Made by a program: the position numbers and the translations under genes. From an uncultured Chloroflexia bacterium (lineage in GTDB: Bacteria; Chloroflexota; Ktedonobacteria; Ktedonobacterales; JADMIN01), in NCBI GenBank assembly GCA_963718915.1, contig CAVRAI010000003.1, positions 390,001 to 422,000 of the forward strand: a DNA stretch of 32,000 bases. The letters are read 5' to 3'. Each line of letters opens with the position of its first letter. Position 1 is the first letter of the stretch. Below, one piece after another: positions 24,671-32,000 of the stretch. The notes below the pieces were generated by a model. That model ran no database searches. It was not told the DNA's origin and saw only the letters and a program-made list of their open reading frames with translations.

Positions 24671-26281
24671 ATGCAGCCCCCCACCAGTGGTGATATTGTC
24701 GTCGCCCATGCGCCCGCCGACGCATCACTTGCCAGTTACTATGCCATCGCGCTGCGCACGCAGGGCGCGGGCGCTTCCCCCTACAGTCCGCCAGGCGGCC
24801 AATCGCCACAGAGCATCGCGTCCCAGGTGCGCGCCTCGCGGGCGCTGGTGGTGCTGGTCACCGATCCCGCGCCCGTATGGGCTGGTGGGCTGGTGGCAGG
24901 CTATCGCGAGCTGATGGCCGCCGAACGCTGGCGTCGCATCGCGATTGTCCGCCGAGGCGCGGGCCAGTTGTCGCCAGAGATGCAGGGGTTGCCGTGGATC
25001 GAGGCGTCCGATAAGCCGGTCGAGGAGGTCGCCGCCGAGATTCTGTCGTTGCTGGCCGCCACACCGACGCCAGTGGCAAAGGCTACGGGCGCTCCGATTC
25101 GCATGCGGACCGCCGCGCCAGCGGGGCCGCCCCAATGGCCCGCGTCTCAGCCGATTGACCAGCCATTCGGCGACGGCCTGCTCACGCGACGGGCGCTGCT
25201 GATCGGCGGCGTTGGCGTGGCGGCTCTTGGCGCTGTAGCGCTGGGCGCAACGGCGGTACTGACACGTGGGTTTGGCTTGCTTGGCGGTGGTTCCGGCACG
25301 ACAACCAACACCGTCGTGCCGCCGCTGCTCTTCACCGCGAGTGGCAACACGTTGTATGCGGTTGACCTTGCGACTGGCAACCGGCGCTGGGGATTCACCG
25401 CGGATGCGACGATTCGCCCGGCCGATAGCTCCACCCAGGGCGTAATCTACGCCATCTCCGAGAACGGCACGCTCTACGCGCTCAAGACCGCCGATGGCAA
25501 GCCGCTCTGGCAGAACAGCATCCCCGGCCCGGTGAAGGTGCGCCCCGTGGTGGTGGGAGGGCTGATCTACACAGGCTCCGATGACCACAATGTCTATGCG
25601 CTTAACACCAGAGATGGTTCGGTCAAATGGAAGTACCAGACCGGCGATGCCGTGGAGGCGCGGCCAGTCGTCGCCAATGGCGTGGTCTACGTTGGCTCGA
25701 ACGACCACAACGTCTACGCGCTCGGAGCGGTTGACGGCAGCCAGGCCTGGAAGTTCACGACCGGCGGCCAAGTCTATTCCTCGGCGGCGGTGGGCAGCGA
25801 CGCCATCTATATTGGGTCTGATGACAAGAAACTGTGGAAACTGGCCATCTCTGATGGTCACGAACGCTGGCATTTCACGACGGGGAACCACGTCTCGTCG
25901 TCGCCCGCGCTCACCAGTGACATGGTCTACTTTGGCTCGCAGGATGGCGCGGTCTATGCGGTCCCGGTTGGAGGCGCTCCACGTGCGACCTGGCGATCCC
26001 CCACGGGCGGAGCGGTATACTCGTCGCCAGTCTTTGCCAATGACACGATCTATGTTGGCTCGAACAACCATACCATCTACGCACTCGGGGCGACTGATGG
26101 CAAGCAGCGCTGGGCCTACAAGACGGGTGGCAGCGTCAACGGGCGCTTCGTCGTCGCCAATGGTGTGGTCTACGCCAATAGCGACGCGCTCTATGCGCTC
26201 AACGCCGCGAGTGGCGCAAAAGTGTGGCAATTCGCCGCCGATGGGAAAACGGGCTACTTCTCGCCTGGCATCACCCAGTAG
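24671..26281 (+). CDS. TIR-like N-terminal domain - TM helix - 8-bladed PQQ-like (BamB-like) beta-propeller protein
   Basis: The C-terminal region has eight repeats of the type (V/L)YA(L/V)...DG...W(K/Q)(F/Y), i.e. a PQQ-like propeller. One TM helix is present (ALLIGGVGVAALGAVALGATAVL). The N-terminal ~125 aa follow a TIR_2-like pattern (DIVVAHAP.D...A......L...G ... SRALVVLVT......W......EL....RWRRIAIV). The ATG at 24671 follows GGAGATGGAG. Confidence 0.7.
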   Translation: MQPPTSGDIVVAHAPADASLASYYAIALRTQGAGASPYSPPGGQSPQSIASQVRASRALVVLVTDPAPVWAGGLVAGYRELMAAERWRRIAIVRRGAGQLSPEMQGLPWIEASDKPVEEVAAEILSLLAATPTPVAKATGAPIRMRTAAPAGPPQWPASQPIDQPFGDGLLTRRALLIGGVGVAALGAVALGATAVLTRGFGLLGGGSGTTTNTVVPPLLFTASGNTLYAVDLATGNRRWGFTADATIRPADSSTQGVIYAISENGTLYALKTADGKPLWQNSIPGPVKVRPVVVGGLIYTGSDDHNVYALNTRDGSVKWKYQTGDAVEARPVVANGVVYVGSNDHNVYALGAVDGSQAWKFTTGGQVYSSAAVGSDAIYIGSDDKKLWKLAISDGHERWHFTTGNHVSSSPALTSDMVYFGSQDGAVYAVPVGGAPRATWRSPTGGAVYSSPVFANDTIYVGSNNHTIYALGATDGKQRWAYKTGGSVNGRFVVANGVVYANSDALYALNAASGAKVWQFAADGKTGYFSPGITQ

Positions 26282-26863
26282 CCGCCGCTCTTCGTCATCA
26301 CTATCACCAACCCTAACCGGGCAAACGCCCCGCTGTGCGCGTTGCGGTGCTGAATCGTCTCGCCGACTTCAGTAGCGGATGGCTAGGCCATTTGTCATGT
26401 GTAGCTATCAGGCGCGCTCGTTCGTCTCTGCAACAGAAGACGGGAATATCATCTCAATTCATTTATCCTTCGCACACATTTATCTCCATATGACTCCCGC
26501 ATATGGCTCAATTGCTTCCCCGCACTCATCATGATTTCCGCGCACGATGCGCGCGCAACGAGGCGCCAAGCCGCACGCACTGAATCATTGAATATGGATA
26601 CCGCCACATACCGGAGATATGCCGTTCAGATATTCCGTGTCACCCGACCGGCCAGATCATCGCGAATGCCGCCTGAGGCCCATGCTGAGCCGCTTCATGA
26701 GGCGCATGCCCAGGTTGCTTGACGATGCCGCGGATGCCGCGGATGCCGCGCTGGCGTACGTATCGCTTGTTCCGCGGGCGCTGCCAGCCCGCATTGTACC
26801 TGCTTTTTTTATCGTTCCCGAATGGACTCCAAGGCACATGTGCATGGGGAGGTGGAGGCTATT

Positions 26864-28336
26864 ATGCAACGGTTTCATCAACAGTTCGCTGATGGAGCGC
26901 AATTCGGCCATGGAAGCGCGGCGTTTCGGTCAGACGCTACCGCGTCGAATGGCGCTCGCGAGTACGCCGAATCATGGGAAAAGTCGTGGTCCCGCGACGC
27001 CGCGCCATCGGCATCCTCGGCGGCAACCGCCTGGTGGATGGCCACCGACGAGGGCTACACGTTGCTCCAGCGACTGGCGCTGGCGCATCTGCTCGTGGGG
27101 GTCTGCGTCGCGCTCGCGCTCGCCTGGCAGGTCTGGAGCGCATCCGGCCCAGTGCAGACACCAGCGATTGGGCTGATTGTCGCGGCTGGCGGCGCGCTGG
27201 CGCTGTTGTGCTCCCGGCAGAATCGCCCGACGCTGCTGCTGTTGGCGCGACTGGCGCTGGTGGTGGTTGATATGAGCGCTGCTGGTGGTATACTCTTGTT
27301 GCGTGGAGGCGAAGGCTGGACTCTTCTGGTTTTCCTGCCCGCAATCGCGCTGGCGATAGCATTCTTTGCCGAGCGAGGTGGCGCCCTGGCAACGGTGCTG
27401 GCCGCACTCATCATCGTCGCGATGAACAGCCTGAGAGATGGACCACTCTCAGGATGGATGCCTTCTCTGCTCGTTTTTCTTGGCGCGTCGGCGTTGATCG
27501 TCGCCTTTCTGGGTATTTATAGCGCCCACATCACCGAGACCAGCGAGAATCTGCGCTGGTTGCTCTCGGATGTGCGGGCGAGCAACGAACGTCTGCGCGA
27601 GACCCGCCAGATGGCGCTCATGCGGTTGCATGCCGCCGAGCAGGCGCAGGAACCACTCCTCCGCGAGCGTGCGCGGCTCGGAGACGCCGCCGCTGAACTG
27701 GCGATGCTGACCCAACGGTTGGCCCAGGGCGATCCCTCCGCCATGCAGGCAGTGCAGGCGCTACGTCCAGGCGCGTATGGGCCGCTGGCCGAGCTGGCGA
27801 GCGCGCTCTCACGCTATGCGCGTGTCTCCGCCAGTAGCCGGAATCCATCTGCGGTGACGGCAGTAACGGCGCTTGAGATGCCGATCCGCACGCAGGGTCA
27901 GGCGCTCGCAATGCTCGATACGGTAGCGCGCTCGCTGTGTGTTGGCGCGAATGAGCTGGTGCTTGAGGCGGAAGCGTTGGAGCCTGGTGTCAGCCTGATT
28001 GGCTCAGGGCAATATACCCAGACGCTCTGGCAGTTGGAGCAGCATCTGCGAGCGCAGGCTGCCCACATGGCGTTGCTGGGCACGCAACTTGCCGAAATCA
28101 GAACCTCGCAGGAGAATCTGGAGGCAGTGGTGACACGGATGGCGGTGGGCGCAAAGACGCCAACCAGCTTCGCCACCAGTGATGTTCGGGCAGTGAGTCT
28201 CTATTCTGGCCCACAGGTCACCTTTGGCGCATCGGCCATCAGGCGCGCCGCCATTGGCCATCCGAGCGAGGATGAGACAGTTCGGTGGGGAAACTGGCAA
28301 AACCCGCCGTCTATAACGTACAATAGGGGTGTCTGA
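26864..28336 (+). CDS. Polytopic membrane protein with a long C-terminal helical/HAMP-like region; function unknown
   Basis: About 5-6 TM helices in aa 70-250, then a coiled-coil-like segment with a HAMP-like stretch (LTQRLAQGDPSAMQAVQALRPGAYGPLAELASALSRY). I see no kinase, MCP or cyclase output domain. The ATG at 26864 follows GGAGGTGGAGG. Confidence 0.55.
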   Translation: MQRFHQQFADGAQFGHGSAAFRSDATASNGAREYAESWEKSWSRDAAPSASSAATAWWMATDEGYTLLQRLALAHLLVGVCVALALAWQVWSASGPVQTPAIGLIVAAGGALALLCSRQNRPTLLLLARLALVVVDMSAAGGILLLRGGEGWTLLVFLPAIALAIAFFAERGGALATVLAALIIVAMNSLRDGPLSGWMPSLLVFLGASALIVAFLGIYSAHITETSENLRWLLSDVRASNERLRETRQMALMRLHAAEQAQEPLLRERARLGDAAAELAMLTQRLAQGDPSAMQAVQALRPGAYGPLAELASALSRYARVSASSRNPSAVTAVTALEMPIRTQGQALAMLDTVARSLCVGANELVLEAEALEPGVSLIGSGQYTQTLWQLEQHLRAQAAHMALLGTQLAEIRTSQENLEAVVTRMAVGAKTPTSFATSDVRAVSLYSGPQVTFGASAIRRAAIGHPSEDETVRWGNWQNPPSITYNRGV

Positions 28337-28987
28337 ATACTCATTACTGCGCGTAACACTCTCGCAAACGCACATCTGGGGGCCAGTAGCTCCCTCCAGC
28401 CGGGGACAGCGTGAAACTCTGGCGCGATCTGCCCATCTCGCGCGAGACCTTCCTCTCGCTGAAGCATTGTGCAATTCTGTAGCTTTCGCGCTCACGACTG
28501 TGCCACCTGACGGATATTGACGCGCATCCACCGCCGCAGGTAGCCCGTTGCGCTGTTCGTAAAAAGCACGCGAGCGAGACACTATCGGCCCGCCAGTTCG
28601 TACCGGATATGTCAGGTATGCTGGGAGCCACGCTGAGGCGCGTGAACAGGTGAAATGTGCGAATCGTAGCTGTCTCGCACCTGGTCTCTCTACTGGCTGT
28701 GCCTTGCTCTCACTGGCCCACCATGCGGCACGTACAACACGGACACATGCCGCTGAATGTTGGAAATGTGCTGTGAAATCTCGAAACATGTTGCTTCGCA
28801 CACTCACAAGCATCAAAGAACCCTTGAATTGCACGCTGGTTCGTGCTTCACACGAGGCGCTGGCGTTGCGTTTGACATGACAATTGTTCGCTTTACATGC
28901 TTCAGATGTTCGGAGAGATCAGGGTGATGGTGGCTGAAAATAATCCACCTTTGCGTTGATGCTTGCTCCACTGCTCAGGAGGCCTTT

Positions 28988-31471
28988 GTGCCAGAAGATC
29001 AGGAAACGCCCACCCCTACACGTCGCCGAATCCGGCGCCAGGATGCCGCTGCGACGAATGACCCCGTTGCGGCAACAACCGCGACCGAGGCCGCTGAGCC
29101 CACCGGAGCGACTCCACCCACGCCGAAGCGGCGCAGTGCAAAGCGCGCCGCCATCGAGCAGCCAACGCTGCCCGGTGATATGACCGCTACGCCAGACGCC
29201 GCGCCGACGACGAAATCGCGCCGCGCCCGTGCCACAGCCGCCTCCGCTCCAGCTGAAGCGGCCCCTGAAGCTACTGCGAGCGTCGGAGATGCTCCCGCGC
29301 CGAAACGCAAGAGCAGCCGACCGCACGCCGCAGCTCCGACAGATGACATGCCAGCCGCCGTTACGCTGTCAGCGGATGCTTCCAATCACGATAACCATGA
29401 CAACCATGATAACCACGACAACCATAATGAAACGCCGAGCGCGCGCCGCGTGCGTGTGCCACGAGTGCGCCATGCGCGTAGCGAAGCGGAAGCGGCAGAT
29501 CAGGATCAGGCGCCAGCCGCGTCCGCGCCAGCCGCCTCCGAGGCGAGTCCCGCGCCCGATGGGGAGCCGACGTCACAACGGCGCGGATTCACGGTATGGG
29601 TGAATCAGGAGCAGCGTCCGGGCGAGCGCGGAGCCGATATGCCTGGTGGCGCGCCTCGTCAGCCGCAGCGGACCCATCAGAATCCAGCCGCGCGTGGTGG
29701 CCAGGGCAGCATGCCGCCCTATCGGCCCGGCGGTCGGGGTGCGCAGCAACGGCCACAATCGCCCAACCGCGAGCAGCATCAGCAACATCAACAGCATCAG
29801 CAGCATCCCGGTGGCAGCGGCGAAGGTCAGCAGCGCGCGCCGCAATATCCGTATCAGCCCTACTCGCCCTATGGCCAGCCGGGGCAGGGCCAACCAGGGC
29901 AGAACCAACCAGGGCAGAACCAACCAGGGCAGAACCAGCCAGGACAGCCAGGGCAGCAGGGGCAGTATGGTGGCGGCAACGGCAACCGCTCGCAGGAGCA
30001 GCACCGGCCGGTACGTGGTGGTCGGCAGTATGGCTACCCGCCGTACAACGATCAGCAGGGCAACCGGGGATATACCGACCAGCGCGATATGCGCGCGCCG
30101 CGTGATCGTCGCCCGCCCGCGTCGCCCGCGTCCTATGCCGAGCAGGCCGAGCGCGGTGGGCCGCTCACCAACCGCCGCAATCTTGGCAATCAGGGTGGTC
30201 GGCGCGGTCAGCCAGACACGCGCGGCGGACGCCCGTCGCGTGATGGCGGCTCGATGTACACTCATACGTCCACGCCCGCCGCCGCCGAGAGCCGCTACGG
30301 CTACGGCCAGCGTCAGCCCGCGCCCGCTGCTCCGGCGCGAACCGTCGAGGTCAGTGGGGTGCTCTGGCTGGGTGGCGGCCAGGGCATGTCGCCCGCCGAG
30401 GTACTGGATGAGCGCAACCTGCTCCCGCTCGCCCGCATCAATCCTGAGGATGTGCGCCGCTATGGGCTGCGCTCAGGCGATCTCATCAGCGGAATGGCGG
30501 AGGAGCGCGCTGGGCGGCGTCATGTGGTGCAAATCGACAGCGTCAACGACGCCGATCCCGAAACGCAGCGCGACCGTCCGCTCTTCGAGCAGTTGACGGC
30601 CACCTTCCCCGACCGGCGTATCCGGATGGAGCAGGGGACGCATCCCCCCGTTTCGACACGGCTGATTGATCTGTTCGCGCCGCTCGGCTTTGGCTCGCGC
30701 GCGCTGGTCGTGGCCCCGCCAAAGACCGGCAAGACGACGCTGATCCGCGAGGCGGCGGAGGCGGTGCTGACGGGCTATCCCAATGCCGTCGTGATGGCGG
30801 TGCTCGTCGGCGAGCGGCCAGAAGAGGTCACCGACCTGCGCGCCCGGCTGGAGCCGCGCGGTGGGTTGGTCTACGCGGCCAGCTTCGACGAAGAGACCGA
30901 GCGCCATGCCTGGCTGGTTCAGGTGGCGGTCGAGCGCGCGAAGCGGGTTGCCGAGTCTGGACGCGACGCCTTCATGGTGCTGGACTCGCTGACACGACTG
31001 GCGCGCGCCGAGAATCTGGCGACGCGCGGCGCGGGACGCACGCTTTCCGGCGGTATCGACGCGCAGGCGCTGGATACCGGACGGCGCGCGTTTGGCGCGG
31101 CTCGTAACCTGGACGAAGGCGGCAGCCTGACGATTCTGGCGACCTGTCTGGTGGATACCGGCAGCCGTCAGGACGACGTGGTCTATGAGGAGTTCAAGGG
31201 CACCGGCAACATGGAGCTTCACCTCTCGCGCGAGCTGTCGCAACGACGGCTCTTCCCGGCAATGGATATCATCAAGTCGGGTACGCGCCGCGAGGAGATG
31301 TTGCTGACGCCCGAGGAGCTACGCGCGACCACGGCGCTTCGTCGTCGGCTGGCCGATGTGCCGCCCGCTCAGGCGACACAGCAGTTGCTCAACGTGCTGG
31401 AGCGCACGCAATCCAACGCGGCGCTGCTTCAGGCGCTGGAGCAGAGTGGCTGGCTCACCAGCGCGCGGTAA
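28988..31471 (+). CDS. rho: Transcription termination factor Rho with a ~450-aa disordered N-terminal extension
   Basis: The C-terminal 376 aa align by eye with E. coli Rho: Walker A VVAPPKTGKTTL, ERPEEVTD, Walker B FMVLDSLTRLARA, LSGGIDA, FGAARNLDEGGSLTILATCLVDTGS, YEEFKGTGNMELHLSR, FPAMDIIKSGTRREE. The GTG start at 28988 lies 5 nt after AGGAGG. Confidence 0.9.
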   Translation: MPEDQETPTPTRRRIRRQDAAATNDPVAATTATEAAEPTGATPPTPKRRSAKRAAIEQPTLPGDMTATPDAAPTTKSRRARATAASAPAEAAPEATASVGDAPAPKRKSSRPHAAAPTDDMPAAVTLSADASNHDNHDNHDNHDNHNETPSARRVRVPRVRHARSEAEAADQDQAPAASAPAASEASPAPDGEPTSQRRGFTVWVNQEQRPGERGADMPGGAPRQPQRTHQNPAARGGQGSMPPYRPGGRGAQQRPQSPNREQHQQHQQHQQHPGGSGEGQQRAPQYPYQPYSPYGQPGQGQPGQNQPGQNQPGQNQPGQPGQQGQYGGGNGNRSQEQHRPVRGGRQYGYPPYNDQQGNRGYTDQRDMRAPRDRRPPASPASYAEQAERGGPLTNRRNLGNQGGRRGQPDTRGGRPSRDGGSMYTHTSTPAAAESRYGYGQRQPAPAAPARTVEVSGVLWLGGGQGMSPAEVLDERNLLPLARINPEDVRRYGLRSGDLISGMAEERAGRRHVVQIDSVNDADPETQRDRPLFEQLTATFPDRRIRMEQGTHPPVSTRLIDLFAPLGFGSRALVVAPPKTGKTTLIREAAEAVLTGYPNAVVMAVLVGERPEEVTDLRARLEPRGGLVYAASFDEETERHAWLVQVAVERAKRVAESGRDAFMVLDSLTRLARAENLATRGAGRTLSGGIDAQALDTGRRAFGAARNLDEGGSLTILATCLVDTGSRQDDVVYEEFKGTGNMELHLSRELSQRRLFPAMDIIKSGTRREEMLLTPEELRATTALRRRLADVPPAQATQQLLNVLERTQSNAALLQALEQSGWLTSAR
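29387..29428 (+). repeat. 9-bp in-frame repeat encoding (His-Asp-Asn)4 in the rho 5' region
   Basis: Sequence cacgataac catgacaac catgataac cacgacaac cataat. Confidence 0.85.
29774..29806 (+). repeat. 9-bp in-frame repeat encoding (Gln-His-Gln)n in rho
   Basis: Sequence cagcatcag caacatcaa cagcatcag cagcat. Confidence 0.8.
29894..29938 (+). repeat. 15-bp in-frame tandem repeat x3 encoding (Pro-Gly-Gln-Asn-Gln)3 in rho
   Basis: ccagggcagaaccaa x2 plus ccagggcagaaccag, flanked by related PGQ units. Confidence 0.9.
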
Positions 31472-31506
31472 CGTAGCGTCAGGCGTCTCCGGCTCTGCTT
31501 CTGGCT

Positions 31507-31544
31507 CCCCCTCTCCTATGGGAGAGGGGGCCGGGGAGTGAGGT
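31507..31544 (+). repeat. REP-like intergenic repeat, family A, copy 2 (perfect 10-bp stem)
   Basis: CCCCCTCTCC tatg GGAGAGGGGG followed by CCGGGGAGTGAGGT, 36 nt after the rho stop. It matches 13162-13199. Confidence 0.75.
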
Positions 31545-31565
31545 TCGGCGTCACCACAACTATCT

Positions 31566-31599
31566 GGCCTCTCATCACCTTGATGGGGGGCCTTTTTTT
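31566..31599 (+). terminator. Rho-independent terminator downstream of rho
   Basis: 11-bp stem (GGCCTCTCATC / GATGGGGGGCC, two G-U pairs), a 5-nt loop (ACCTT), then T7 (31593-31599). Confidence 0.6.
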
Positions 31600-31692
31600 G
31601 TGTCCTGGCACAGAGATGGCACAGGGTCTGCCACGGAAAGCGAGTGACTGTGGCATACTATGCACGGAGAAGGACGACACCTGGGGAGGACT

Positions 31693-32000
31693 ATGGACAC
31701 CGGCCTGATGCGCAATCCACGAATACAGAACGTGGTGGAGTGGATGGCGCGCGACTGGCGCGGCCCGCGCTATCTCGCCTGGGGTGGAGTGGCGCTGGCG
31801 CTGACCTCGCTGGTGACGATCTTCTATTACGCCAACGCGCCGCACCCTGGAATAGACCCCGACACCGCCGCCTATCTCCGCCAGGCCAGCGCCATCCTCG
31901 ACAGCGGCCATTTTGTTGATCCGACGCGGCTGCCGGGCTATCCCACCTTCATCGCGCTGCTCTTTCTGGCGACCGGACGCGGCAACCTCGACGCGGTCAG
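31693..32000 (+). CDS. GT39/ArnT-PMT-like membrane glycosyltransferase, N-terminal part (runs off the window)
   Basis: The ATG at 31693 follows GGAGGA, and the frame stays open to base 32000. It is not in the ORF track because no stop is reached. The first TM helix is followed by DPDTAAYLRQASAILDSGHFVDPTRLPGYPTFIALLF, the D-x-x-x-Y...R.PGYP.F pattern typical of family 39 glycosyltransferases. Confidence 0.5.
   Translation, partial: MDTGLMRNPRIQNVVEWMARDWRGPRYLAWGGVALALTSLVTIFYYANAPHPGIDPDTAAYLRQASAILDSGHFVDPTRLPGYPTFIALLFLATGRGNLDAV

Noticed and set aside
26619-27176. ORF 26619..27176 (+), read as a real gene because its frame translates the GATGCCGCG repeat as DAADAADAA.
   Set aside because: It has no SD. 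The translation is Arg/Pro/Trp-rich nonsense and overlaps the much better supported membrane-protein gene (26864..28336) in another frame.
28004-28834. 276-aa minus-strand ORF in the rho upstream region.
   Set aside because: It overlaps the 3' end of gene 26864..28336 antisense, has no SD, is Arg/Cys/Ser-rich, and shows no domain pattern.
1-32000. tRNA, rRNA, tmRNA, RNase P or SRP RNA genes.
   Set aside because: I inspected all intergenic spacers longer than 100 bp by eye. No cloverleaf-compatible segment and no conserved core motif of these RNAs was found. A tRNAscan/Infernal run would be needed to be sure.

Overview
This is a high-GC (roughly 60-65% by eye) bacterial chromosomal segment. 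Its gene content and repeat style resemble Chloroflexota/Ktedonobacteria-like genomes, but that is a guess. I found no rRNA, tRNA or CRISPR array. Most of the window is housekeeping or accessory metabolism. Recognisable genes: DegV (partial), trehalose-phosphatase, a CAP-domain protein, an erythrin-VIT1 (MbfA-like) iron transporter, an L,D-transpeptidase, a MOSC protein, an M14/AstE-like hydrolase, a DHA2 MFS transporter, a RibD-C-like reductase, a Vgb-like beta-propeller lipoprotein, a class-C beta-lactamase-like hydrolase, a proline-iminopeptidase-like hydrolase, Rho, and a GT39-like glycosyltransferase (partial). Several non-ordinary elements sit among these. (1) A visibly low-GC, single-gene island (3525-5856) is bracketed by a 9-bp direct repeat and encodes a 734-aa DNA methyltransferase fused to a C-terminal PD-(D/E)xK-like domain. 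This is a candidate single-chain R-M/defence enzyme. (2) A 74-aa protein with 24 Arg/Lys and no acidic residue is translationally coupled to a stand-alone DarG/TARG1-like macrodomain, with no DarT. A decayed second copy of the macrodomain 3' end lies 1.4 kb downstream. (3) Three head-to-tail DnaA boxes lie in a convergent intergenic spacer. (4) A tnpB-only IS200/IS605-type element is present. (5) One protein combines a TIR-like N-terminus, a TM helix and an 8-bladed PQQ-like propeller. (6) Rho carries a ~450-aa disordered, RGG/QN/PG-rich, tandem-repeat N-terminal extension and a divergent primary RNA-binding motif. (7) There are two families of REP-like palindromic intergenic repeats, plus recurrent in-frame GC-rich micro/minisatellites in coding regions. 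All functional calls come from reading the translations and motifs by eye. No database search was run.
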